A DNA stretch of 64,000 nucleotides from Gammaproteobacteria bacterium (GTDB taxonomy: Bacteria; Pseudomonadota; Gammaproteobacteria; Steroidobacterales; Foliamicaceae): positions 5,305-69,304 of the forward strand of contig JAPPHC010000023.1 of assembly GCA_028821145.1 (NCBI GenBank). The letters are read 5' to 3'. A model generated the notes under the pieces. The model was not told the DNA's origin, ran no database searches, and saw only the letters and a list, made by a program, of their open reading frames with translations. Position numbers and translations under genes: made by a program. Shown here one piece after another: positions 7,410 to 15,669 of the stretch; position 1 is the first letter of the stretch; the number at the start of each line of letters is the position of its first letter.

Positions 7410-10334
7410 ATGTACGAGATCTTCACGCTCGGCGGCGGCGCCTATCTGGTCGACCTCCTGAACGCCGTCGCGGCCATCACGTCCGGCGGCGCGTACGTGA
7501 TGCTCGCCCAGCTCGCGGGCGTCGCCGGTCTCGCCTGGGTGCTGTTCCGCACGGCGTTCGGCGGCTCGTGGAAGGACAACGGCAAATGGATCCTGATGTT
7601 CGTCGCCGTTTGGGGCGCGATGATCGTGCCGAAGGCCACGGTGCGGGTGGTGGACCGGCTCGACCCGGCGCTCGCGCCCGCCGTGGTCGCCAACGTGCCC
7701 ATTGGGCTGGCGCTGTTCGCCTCGGCGACCTCGGAGATCGGCGACGGGCTGACCCGGCTCACGGAGCAGGCGTTCGCGCTGCCCAACGATCTGTCCTACC
7801 GGCGCCACGGCATGATCTTCGGGGCGCGGCTGGCCGCGGCGGCGACCCGGCTCGAAGTCACCGATGCGGTGTTTGCCCGCAATCTCCGAAACTACGCGCG
7901 CCAGTGCGTGTTCTACGCGCTGCTGCTCGGCCACGTCTCCGCCGACGAACTGCGCGAATCCACGGACCTGTGGGCGCTGGTGACGTCCACGACCCGCTCG
8001 CCCACGGCGGGCGCCTCGCCCGCGCGCATGGTCGAGTTCGCCGAACGCAACGCCGGCGGCGGCGTGGACCGATCGGTCGCGACCTGCGCGGACGCGGCGG
8101 GCCGGCTCAATGCGCTTTGGGCGGCGGAGACGGCGCGCGCCGGCGCCGTGTTCGGACGAAGGCTCTTCCCCGGCGCGGCCACCGAGGCGCTGGCGCGCGC
8201 GGAGCTGATGGCGGCGCTGCCGGCCGCGCACGACTTCCTGATCGGCGCCTCGCGTTCCGCGGCGGAGATCATCCGCCAGCAGATGCTGCTCAACGCGGTG
8301 CACGAGGCCGGCGCGCAGTGGGCGTCGGAGGCCGGCAACGCCGCGGCGCTGGCGTCCTACACCGAGGCTCGCGCCGAGGCGCAGACGGTGGCCGCCTACC
8401 GGGCCATCGGCCGGCAGGCCGAGACCTGGGTGCCGATGCTGAAGATCGTGTTCGAGTGCCTGTACGTCGGCGCGTTCCCGATGGCGGTGCTGCTGATGCT
8501 CACGCCCGCGGGGGCGGCGATCTTCAAGTCCTACGTCACCGGACTCGTCTGGCTGCAATCGTGGGGGCCGCTGTACGCGATCCTGCACCGCATCGCCATG
8601 GGGGAGGCCGCCGAGCGCATGGGCGCTGTCGCGCTCATGCCCGGCGGGGATGTCGGCGTCTCGCTCGTCGCCCAGGCCGGCATCCGGGCGGTGGCCACCG
8701 ACGTGGCGGTGATGTCGGGGTACCTGTCGATGTCGGTGCCGTTCCTAGCCGCGGCGCTGGCGTTCGGGGTGTCCCGGATGACCTCGCTCGCCACCTCGGT
8801 GCTCCACGTCGGCCAGGAGGCCGCTGGCGCGGCTGCAAGAGAGAGTTCGACGGGCAACTTCTCGCTTGCCTCCACGCAGGTGGACACGCACCGCTACGCG
8901 ACACTGGAGGGCCGCCAGATCCGAACCTCGGCGCAGGTGGACGACCACCGCCACACCGGCTACGCGGCGGGCGGCGCGGCGTTCACGGTGACCGGCGACG
9001 GCACGGTCGTCGCCGACGCCGCGGCGGCCACCAGCCGCATCCCCGCGGCCGGGGTGCGGTTGTCGGAGTCGCTCGCGGCGAGCCACGAACAACGGGCATC
9101 GCAGGCCCGGAACCTGTCCCGGCAGTTCTCCGCGGAAGCGGGCACGGCGAGAAGCGCGGCGGTCACCGACGCCACGCGGCTCGGCGAGCGCTACGCCCGC
9201 GACGTCTCCACCGGCGAGGCGCACACCCTCGGCGTGACCGAAAGCGAGAGCGCGCAGGTCCAGGCGCTCCAGACCCACTACGAGCGGATGGCCGAGACCG
9301 CGGGTGTCACCAAGGACCAGATGGCCGCGATGGCGGTCGAGGCCCGCGTCGGCGGGGGCTGGGACTTCGTCGTGAAGGCCGGTGTCGACGGCTCCGCGCG
9401 CTGGCGCGGCCAGACGATGGACTCGGAGGCGTGGAACCGCTTGAAGGAATACGCCGAGAGCCACCAGGTGCTGGATCTCGCCTTGCGGGTCTCGGAAGCC
9501 TCGCGCCGCTATGCGACCCAGACCGGCGACAGCCGACACGCGGGGCTGGAGGAGAGCCTCGCCGCGAATCTCTCGGACATGCGGCGGTTCGAGGAACGCG
9601 CCTCGCTGGCGCAACAGGAATCGGAAAGCTGGGCGGAACAGGCATCCAGGGTGCGCTCGGAGGCGCAGGCCATCGACCGGGAACTCGGCCAGCCGTTCTT
9701 CGCGTGGCTGACGGAGCGCCCCGGCGCCGGGGGACGGCCGCTCGGGGCGGCGGGCGCGATCCGGCTGGCCTCGCCGCAGACGCCCGAGGACGCCGAGACG
9801 CTGAGGCAGTACGCCGCGGCGTTCGTCGCCGAGCGGTTCCCCGAACCGGCGGGGCCGGACCCGGCGTCGGTTCCCGGGAGGGAAGATTACAACGCGGCCC
9901 GAGATGCGCTGGATGAGGCACATGCCCACGGGACCGCGGCGGCCCACGCCGGGTGGACGGCGGGCGTGAGGGAACGGGCGGGCCAGGCCGGAACTCCGGC
10001 GCCGGGCGCGGTGGAGGCCGGCGCCGAACACGCCCGCGCGGCGGCCGAGGGGCAAATGGCCGCCGGCACCGCGGAACGCGACCTCCGGCGCGGCGCGACC
10101 GGGGACACTGTCCGGGACGGTCGGGCGGATGTGGAGGCCGAGATGGGCAAGCCGCTGGCGCGCCACGCCACCGAGAGCGTGCCGGGCGTCGGGGGCTGGC
10201 TCGGCGGCAAGCTGTTCGGCACGGCGGAGAACGCGGCGCCGGACGCCTCGCGGCGGGCAGACGCCTCGCAGCGGACGGACACCCCGGAACGTGCGGACAC
10301 GCCGCCACAGCCGGCCGCTCAGGAAAGATCGTGA
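7410..10334 (+). CDS. traG: Type-F mating-pair stabilisation / entry-exclusion partner TraG
   Basis: 974 aa. The polytopic N-terminal TraG_N-like domain starts MYEIFTLGGGAYLVDLLNAVAAIT. Long periplasmic C-terminal half with a low-complexity tail. Confidence 0.9.
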   Translation: MYEIFTLGGGAYLVDLLNAVAAITSGGAYVMLAQLAGVAGLAWVLFRTAFGGSWKDNGKWILMFVAVWGAMIVPKATVRVVDRLDPALAPAVVANVPIGLALFASATSEIGDGLTRLTEQAFALPNDLSYRRHGMIFGARLAAAATRLEVTDAVFARNLRNYARQCVFYALLLGHVSADELRESTDLWALVTSTTRSPTAGASPARMVEFAERNAGGGVDRSVATCADAAGRLNALWAAETARAGAVFGRRLFPGAATEALARAELMAALPAAHDFLIGASRSAAEIIRQQMLLNAVHEAGAQWASEAGNAAALASYTEARAEAQTVAAYRAIGRQAETWVPMLKIVFECLYVGAFPMAVLLMLTPAGAAIFKSYVTGLVWLQSWGPLYAILHRIAMGEAAERMGAVALMPGGDVGVSLVAQAGIRAVATDVAVMSGYLSMSVPFLAAALAFGVSRMTSLATSVLHVGQEAAGAAARESSTGNFSLASTQVDTHRYATLEGRQIRTSAQVDDHRHTGYAAGGAAFTVTGDGTVVADAAAATSRIPAAGVRLSESLAASHEQRASQARNLSRQFSAEAGTARSAAVTDATRLGERYARDVSTGEAHTLGVTESESAQVQALQTHYERMAETAGVTKDQMAAMAVEARVGGGWDFVVKAGVDGSARWRGQTMDSEAWNRLKEYAESHQVLDLALRVSEASRRYATQTGDSRHAGLEESLAANLSDMRRFEERASLAQQESESWAEQASRVRSEAQAIDRELGQPFFAWLTERPGAGGRPLGAAGAIRLASPQTPEDAETLRQYAAAFVAERFPEPAGPDPASVPGREDYNAARDALDEAHAHGTAAAHAGWTAGVRERAGQAGTPAPGAVEAGAEHARAAAEGQMAAGTAERDLRRGATGDTVRDGRADVEAEMGKPLARHATESVPGVGGWLGGKLFGTAENAAPDASRRADASQRTDTPERADTPPQPAAQERS

Positions 10335-10696
10335 CCGGCATCCGCAGAACGACGGGGATCGCGGTTCGCCAGGACATCCTCCCGATCGCGCATGAAGGCG
10401 TACGCGCCGACGCGCAGATCGAGGTCGGCCTCCTCCTCGCGGCCGGGTTCGTGGCGGTGGTCGCGGAACGCGGACCAGTCGCCCCCTCGCAGGCCCGCGC
10501 GGAGCGCCAGCGCGAAGCTCGCGAGAAACGTCCAGGCAACCGCGGCGAGCCACACGGGCGCAAGGAGGTCCTCGTCCAGCCCGAAAAAGGTGGCCGCGGT
10601 TGCGAGGCCGAGCGGCCCGAGCACGGCAAAACGTTCGCGGCGGGCGTTCCGGGGCGAACGGGCCCGGCCGGGCGGGAGGATCGAATTGCGGTTCAT
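10319..10696 (-). CDS. Small two-TM membrane protein (candidate entry-exclusion factor)
   Basis: RBS GGAGA about 9 nt upstream of ATG 10696. Two hydrophobic helices (FAVLGPLGLATAATFFGL and LLAPVWLAAVAWTFLASFALAL). Convergent with traG and overlaps it by 16 nt. Confidence 0.5.
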   Translation of the reverse strand: MNRNSILPPGRARSPRNARRERFAVLGPLGLATAATFFGLDEDLLAPVWLAAVAWTFLASFALALRAGLRGGDWSAFRDHRHEPGREEEADLDLRVGAYAFMRDREDVLANRDPRRSADAGHDLS

Positions 10697-10815
10697 GGAG
10701 CGAATCTCCGTACAACGCGGGATGGCCGCGCCGGACTCCGGGTCCCGGCGGCCTTCGCCCCGTCCCCCGCCCGGCTCCGCCTCGATGCGGCGCGGGCCGC
10801 GGGGGCTCGGCGCCC

Positions 10816-12945
10816 ATGAGAACCTTCGGCGGCAGCACGCTGCGCGGCGGGCAGACCGTGTTCCACGGCCTGCACATGTGGAGCCAGCTCCTGCGCGCGG
10901 CCTTGCTGCTCGCGGTGGTGGGGATCGTCGCCACGCCCGCCTGGCGGATCTGGGACCGTACGACCGGCTACGAGTGGTACGCGGCCATGATCGTGACCGT
11001 GGCCGAGGCCAAGCTCGGCGTCGGCTACGCGCGAACGTCCCGCCAGGAGGTGCGCCAGCCGGACGGAAGCACGGCGGTGCTCACTCTGCCGGAGATCGCG
11101 TCGTCGCCGCAGGCGCTGGCCATGCGCGAGAAGCTCAAGCGCGAGGTGTACGGGGGCGCGGCGCTTGGCGCCAAACTCTCCGCCGGGGCCATTGCCGGGC
11201 TGCTCGCGCTGTTTTGGGTCCGCGGAAACCGGCTCGGACGCAACCGCCACATTCGCGGCGCCGAACTCGCTACCGTGGGCCAACTGCGGCGGCGCGTACG
11301 GCCGCTCCCGCGCCGGGCCGCGGACCGGCTGTCGGGCCGGCGCCCGCCCTACCGCATCGCGGGGATGCCGTATCCGCGGCGCGCCGAGACGCAGCACACC
11401 ATCGTTTCCGGCACCACCGGGTCCGGAAAAACCGTACTGATCTCCGATCTGGTGGCGCAGATCCGCGAACGCGGCGAGCGCTGCGTCGTCTACGACAAGA
11501 TGGGCAGCTACACGCGCGCGTTCTACGACCCGGACAGAGACACGCTGCTCAACCCGCTCGACGCCCGCAGCCCGCGCTGGTCGCCGTTCCTCGAGGCGAG
11601 GAGCCCGAGAGACTTCGACACGATGGCCGCGGCGCTGATTCCGCAGCAGAAGGACACCGTCGATCCGTTCTGGGTTACGGCCGCCCGGCAACTGTTCGCC
11701 AACGGCGCGGGCGTGCTCCGCGAGCGCGGCGTCACCGAAAACCGGGAGCTCGTCGAGCACCTCCTCAAGACCGACCTGACGAAGCTCGCCGAGGCCATGG
11801 AGGGTACCGTCGCGCAGTCCATCGTCGATCCCGACAACCCCAAGACCGCGCTGAGCGTCCGCGCCATGCTCACCGCCAACATCGGCGCGCTGGAATACCT
11901 CCCCGACACAGGCGAGTCGTTCTCGATCCGCGAGTGGATCTCGAACGATGGCGCCTGCGGCGGGCAGGCCCGGGACGGCCGAGCGCGGGAGGCCCCGGCA
12001 GGGGGCGCGCCCGCCCGCCAGGGCGGCGGGTTCCTGTTCCTGACCTCCCGGGGCGACCAGCACGCCTCGTTGCGCGGGCTGATCTCGACCTGGCTGGAGA
12101 TCGCGGTCAACGCCATGCTCTCTCTGGAGCAGGACGACGAGCGCCGCATCTGGGTGGTGCTCGACGAGCTGCCGACGCTGCACCAGGTGCCGAGCCTGCA
12201 ACCGGGCCTGGCGGAGTCGCGCCAGTTCGGCGGCTGCTTCGTGCTCGGCATCCAGGTGATCTCGGCGCTGCGCGACCTGTACGGGCGCAACGGCGCGGAG
12301 ACCAAATCGGGGCTGTGCGGCACGCGCGTCGTGTTGGCCGCGCCGGATCGCGACACCGCGCAGTGGTCGGCCGAGAGCCTGGGGCGCGCCGAGGTCGAAG
12401 AGGTGACCGAGGGGTTCAGCTACGGCGCCAACACCATCCGCGACGGCGTCTCGCTGATGCCGAAGCGCGAGCTGCGACCGCTGGCGCTGGCCTCGGAGAT
12501 CATGCAGCTCGAAAGCCTCCACGGCTGGTTGCGGTTCCCCGGCCCGCTCCCGGTCGCCCGGATCAGGCTCAACTACGTCGCACGGCCGAAGGCTGCGGAG
12601 CGGTTCGTGCCGAGGCCGCATGGCGCCCCGGAGCAAGCGAATGCGCGGGAGGGATCGGCAATTGGAACCGCGACAGCGAAAAGGATGGAAGAGCCGAAAT
12701 CGCCGGCTCGGTCTATGCGATCCGCGGGCGCGGAGGATGAAGCGCCGGTTCCCCGTAGCGAATTGCTGCTGCTTCCGCCGATGGAGCCGGATCGTGGATC
12801 GAAGCCACCGCGCAAGGTACGAAAAAACGCAGTTCGCAAGGTGAGCAAATCTGGACCGGGCGGCGACGGCTCGAACCGGGACGCCAAATCTCGCGACGGC
12901 GACGAAGCGGGGGAAACGCCCGCCCAGGATCCGGACTGGCTGTAA
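10816..12945 (+). CDS. traD: Type IV coupling protein TraD
   Basis: Two N-terminal TM helices, Walker A GTTGSGKT, Walker B VVLDELPTL. Acidic-aromatic C-terminus QDPDWL whose stop overlaps the next ATG (TAATG). Confidence 0.9.
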   Translation: MRTFGGSTLRGGQTVFHGLHMWSQLLRAALLLAVVGIVATPAWRIWDRTTGYEWYAAMIVTVAEAKLGVGYARTSRQEVRQPDGSTAVLTLPEIASSPQALAMREKLKREVYGGAALGAKLSAGAIAGLLALFWVRGNRLGRNRHIRGAELATVGQLRRRVRPLPRRAADRLSGRRPPYRIAGMPYPRRAETQHTIVSGTTGSGKTVLISDLVAQIRERGERCVVYDKMGSYTRAFYDPDRDTLLNPLDARSPRWSPFLEARSPRDFDTMAAALIPQQKDTVDPFWVTAARQLFANGAGVLRERGVTENRELVEHLLKTDLTKLAEAMEGTVAQSIVDPDNPKTALSVRAMLTANIGALEYLPDTGESFSIREWISNDGACGGQARDGRAREAPAGGAPARQGGGFLFLTSRGDQHASLRGLISTWLEIAVNAMLSLEQDDERRIWVVLDELPTLHQVPSLQPGLAESRQFGGCFVLGIQVISALRDLYGRNGAETKSGLCGTRVVLAAPDRDTAQWSAESLGRAEVEEVTEGFSYGANTIRDGVSLMPKRELRPLALASEIMQLESLHGWLRFPGPLPVARIRLNYVARPKAAERFVPRPHGAPEQANAREGSAIGTATAKRMEEPKSPARSMRSAGAEDEAPVPRSELLLLPPMEPDRGSKPPRKVRKNAVRKVSKSGPGGDGSNRDAKSRDGDEAGETPAQDPDWL

Positions 12946-13316
12946 TGGTCGTTTCCATCACCGCTGTCGCGTCGCAGTCCCAGGGCGTCTTCTACTACGA
13001 GCGCGACGGCTACTGCGCGGAAGACGATGCCGAACACTTGAACGCGAGCGCCTGGACGGACATGAACGAGGTTCGCATCCACGATCTTCGAAACAGCTTC
13101 GCTTCGCGGGCGCTGGCGCCCGAAGAATCCCTGCCGATGATCGGCAAGTTGCTCGGCCACAGGCGCGCGCAGACCACGGCGCGCTATGCGCATCTGGCAC
13201 GGGAATCAGTCAAGGAGGCAGCGGCTCGGATCGCCGCCAGCATCGGTGAGGACACTCTTTGTCGCGTCGCTGCGCTTTATGGTGGGGCGATGAATTTGCC
13301 TGACGCAGGCAACTAA
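12945..13316 (+). pseudogene. Chimeric remnant: relaxase 5' fragment fused to tyrosine-integrase 3' fragment
   Basis: aa 1-37 (MVVSITAVASQSQGVFYYERDGYCAEDDAEHLNASAW) match the start of the full relaxase at 15669 (26 of 37 identical by hand). From VRIHDLRNSFASRAL...LGHRRAQTTARYAHLARESV it matches the C-terminal catalytic region of the integrases at 50050 and 51260. Confidence 0.75.
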
Positions 13317-13317
13317 A

Positions 13318-13800
13318 CTAAAGATCGTGGAACCCGGTGTAGGGCATGTCGACATAGATGCCGTCGCCATGCGTACGCGTGTACATTCCATTCTGGTTGA
13401 GAAGCCGTTCCAAGACTTCGATCAACGGATCATAGATTTCCTGACCGGTCCATTCCTCAAGATCGAAGAAAGGCTGGACAGCGTCTCGACAAGCGCCAAG
13501 CATCCATCCCAAGGGGTGGCCAGCGAGGTTCTCGAGCTTGGCGCGGTAGCGAGCCGCCAGTCCGGGATGGTCTTCTGCCTTCGCCTCAATCCAGTCGGCG
13601 TGGCCTATGCCATATCCGATCGCTTGGAATAGGAACGTCAGCCGCTCGACCACCAAGGACCAGTACCTATCCAGGTCCCCGTGCAAGCGATAGCTCAGGC
13701 GTGCCGACCGGATCTGGTCATTCACGTCTTTCATCGCCTCACTCAGCATATCGAGGAGATCAAGCCCGTGTTCGGGCGGTCGCCCATGGGTTGACAACAT
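13318..13800 (-). CDS. Hypothetical protein downstream of vapC (start uncertain: 13800 or 13749)
   Basis: Visibly lower G+C than the flanks. Non-repetitive, balanced composition (DRYWSLVVERLTFLFQAIGYGIGHADWIEAKAEDHPGLAARYRAKLENL). AAGGA about 11 nt upstream of ATG 13800. No family recognised. Confidence 0.45.
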   Translation of the reverse strand: MLSTHGRPPEHGLDLLDMLSEAMKDVNDQIRSARLSYRLHGDLDRYWSLVVERLTFLFQAIGYGIGHADWIEAKAEDHPGLAARYRAKLENLAGHPLGWMLGACRDAVQPFFDLEEWTGQEIYDPLIEVLERLLNQNGMYTRTHGDGIYVDMPYTGFHDL

Positions 13801-14194
13801 CAACGCCCGTGTCCTTGAAATCCCGCACGTTGCGGGTGACCAGGACGGCGCCTCGAGACCGGCATATGGCGGCAATCTGGCAGTCGGCCTCGCCGATCGG
13901 TCGGCCCGCGTCGCGGCGGTCGGCCGCGATCTCCGCGTAGGCTCGGGCCGCGGCACTGTCGAACGGCAGAACCCGCTCCCTGAAGCCCAGGTCGAGCCAG
14001 CGGGTCATGGCGGCTTCCAGGGCGTTTCGCCGTTTGCCGACTGGCATGATCGCGACGCCGTAGCGCAACTCCGCTTCGCTCACCGCCGTCAGGTACATCT
14101 CCTGCGCGTCGCGTTCGGCGATCCAGGCCGCGACGGCGGGCGTCGGCTCCGGGCGCATGAGTTCGGAGGCGACATTCGTGTCTATGGCAAACAC
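13760..14194 (-). CDS. vapC: PIN-domain toxin VapC (FitB-like)
   Basis: MFAIDTNVASEL... (first acidic PIN residue), SEAELRYG, and C-terminal LVTRNVRDFKDTGVDVVNPW typical of VapC/FitB. Confidence 0.9.
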   Translation of the reverse strand: MFAIDTNVASELMRPEPTPAVAAWIAERDAQEMYLTAVSEAELRYGVAIMPVGKRRNALEAAMTRWLDLGFRERVLPFDSAAARAYAEIAADRRDAGRPIGEADCQIAAICRSRGAVLVTRNVRDFKDTGVDVVNPWATARTRA

Positions 14195-14203
14195 GCGAGC
14201 TGC

Positions 14204-14449
14204 TCAGGAAAAGTCCGGAGGCTCGCGCATCGGGCCGCGCGGGGGAAGTTCGAGTTCCACGCCGCCCAGGGGCGCAAAGCACTCGCGCGTGAACTTCGCC
14301 AGATCCCGGGGACCGGTTCGCCCGCCGTTCACGGCGTCGCGCAGGATGATGCGGACCTCCTCCTCCATCGAACGGTGATGTTCGGCGGCCCGCACGCGAA
14401 GGCGCGTCTTCACGTCGTCGTCGAGATTGCGGATCGTGATGTTGGCCAT
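14204..14449 (-). CDS. vapB: RHH antitoxin VapB (FitA/Arc-like)
   Basis: MANITIRNLDDDVKTRLRVRAAEHHRSMEEEVRIILRDAV is the classical ribbon-helix-helix antitoxin N-terminus. RBS GAGGAGG. Lies 9 nt upstream of vapC. Confidence 0.85.
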   Translation of the reverse strand: MANITIRNLDDDVKTRLRVRAAEHHRSMEEEVRIILRDAVNGGRTGPRDLAKFTRECFAPLGGVELELPPRGPMREPPDFS

Positions 14450-14492
14450 CCGTCATACCTCCTCATGGTGCGGGACGCACACAAACTATTGG

Positions 14493-14511
14493 TTGCTTGC
14501 AATGCAAGCAA
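14493..14511. promoter_or_regulatory. Perfect 9-1-9 palindrome, probable vapBC operator overlapping a promoter
   Basis: TTGCTTGCA-A-TGCAAGCAA lies 44 nt upstream of the vapB ATG. Read on the minus strand it contains TTGCTT, a 17-nt spacer, then TAGTTT (-35/-10-like). Confidence 0.45.
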
Positions 14512-14645
14512 GTATATGTGATCCGAGCGCGTGCTGCGCGGCTGGGGAGGTTGAGGTGGTGGGCGCTTTGTCCCGAACTTGCGCGTAACTCGGCCAACCG
14601 GCTGCGATCGCCGACCTGCCCATCGAACCTGTCGTTCGCAAGCCA

Positions 14646-14692
14646 GCGCACCTGCGCGCAGGTTGGCGCATTACTGTCGGGGAATCATAGGC
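14646..14692 (+). promoter_or_regulatory. Candidate oriT: inverted repeat followed by a nic-like tract
   Basis: GCGC-ACCTGCG|CGCAGGT-tg-GCGC hairpin (14646-14669), followed by ATTACTGTCGGGGAATCATAGGC. Lies in the 395-bp intergenic gap upstream of traD'-traI. Resembles, from memory, the R388 arrangement GCGCACC-GAAA-GGTGCGT-ATTGTCT/ATAGC. Confidence 0.3.
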
Positions 14693-14844
14693 AATCCCAA
14701 ACTGAGACCGTTTTCGAGGCAGTGTTCCGCCCCTATCCTTGGCGGATGCGCGCCTTTCCTTCAGTTTCTGCCGGGAGTCCCGCCGTCGCATCCTTCCGCC
14801 GTGCCGTCGCCGCCTGACGCGAGCGTCCGGCACGCAGTGCGAGC

Positions 14845-15669
14845 ATGATTGCCTTTCACGGCTTGCGGCGGACGATCCTTTTTGGCGTGGCGGGCGCGGT
14901 GTCGATGGCGATCCTTCTGCCCGGCCTCGCGCTGCTGCGCGATACCACCGGGCACGACTGGTACGCGGCGGGCAAGCTCGTCGTCACCGAGGCGATGATC
15001 GCGGTCGGTTTCGACCCGTCGGAATTCACGGAATACAGATCAGCGGATGGGTCGATCCGCACGGTCACTCGATTTCGCCTCGTCCATACCGTCGAAGCGT
15101 GGATGGCCCGCAGCCGCATCCTCTCCACGATCGCGGACAACGCGCTGCTTGGCGCCGGCGCCGGGTTCGGGGGCGTCGTACTCATGGCGATCCTGTCGAG
15201 CGTGACCCGGGGTGGGCGGCATGGACGGATGTCCAGAGCGTTGGCCGAACCGATGCACCGGGAGCGCCGAGGCTCGTCGCATCGAGGTTCCGGTACCGTC
15301 GAAGTGGTACCGCATACGGAAGGCGGTACCCGAATCGCACTGCCGGTCACGCCTGCCGAGTTTGACCGTCCGTCCGGCGCTGTCGGACAAGCCGGTCGAG
15401 CCCCTCTTCTAACTGCTACGGAACCGGGCCGGAACTCGACAAAGGACACTTCGAGGCGGCGGGCACCGGATGCGACATCCGCCGATCAGCAGACCGACGC
15501 GGAATCGCCCGGGCCTGCCAGTAGTCCGACATCGAACCCCAGCGATACGCGCAAACCGCCCGAAGAGTCTGCCGAGGCGTTCGAACCTGCGAGCGGTCGC
15601 GATTGCAATGGCTTTTCCGGTAGCGACAGAAAGCGCCCCGGTCCAGACGACGATTGGGACTGGTTCTGA
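14845..15669 (+). CDS. TraD-derived protein lacking the NTPase core (possible gene remnant)
   Basis: The N-terminus aligns with TraD (FHGL, TTGHDWYAA vs TTGYEWYAA, VTEA, ADGS vs PDGS, GAGAGFGGVVLMAIL vs GAKLSAGAIAGLLAL). No Walker A or B. C-terminus DDDWDWF overlaps the relaxase ATG (TGATG), as the TraD tail does at 12945. Confidence 0.6.
   Translation: MIAFHGLRRTILFGVAGAVSMAILLPGLALLRDTTGHDWYAAGKLVVTEAMIAVGFDPSEFTEYRSADGSIRTVTRFRLVHTVEAWMARSRILSTIADNALLGAGAGFGGVVLMAILSSVTRGGRHGRMSRALAEPMHRERRGSSHRGSGTVEVVPHTEGGTRIALPVTPAEFDRPSGAVGQAGRAPLLTATEPGRNSTKDTSRRRAPDATSADQQTDAESPGPASSPTSNPSDTRKPPEESAEAFEPASGRDCNGFSGSDRKRPGPDDDWDWF

Noticed and set aside
5940-9916. Very long ORFs overlapping traH/traG: 5940-8588 minus (882 aa) and 6032-9916 plus (1294 aa)
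   Set aside because: Their translations are dominated by R, G, A and P runs typical of out-of-frame or antisense reading of high-G+C genes. The traH and traG frames carry recognisable family motifs.
15232-15244. 13-nt identity TCCAGAGCGTTGG between the traD' coding region (15232-15244) and the first palindrome-array site (21240-21252)
   Set aside because: This is a single short match inside a coding region with no flanking similarity. I cannot exclude chance in a compositionally biased sequence, so no functional claim is made.
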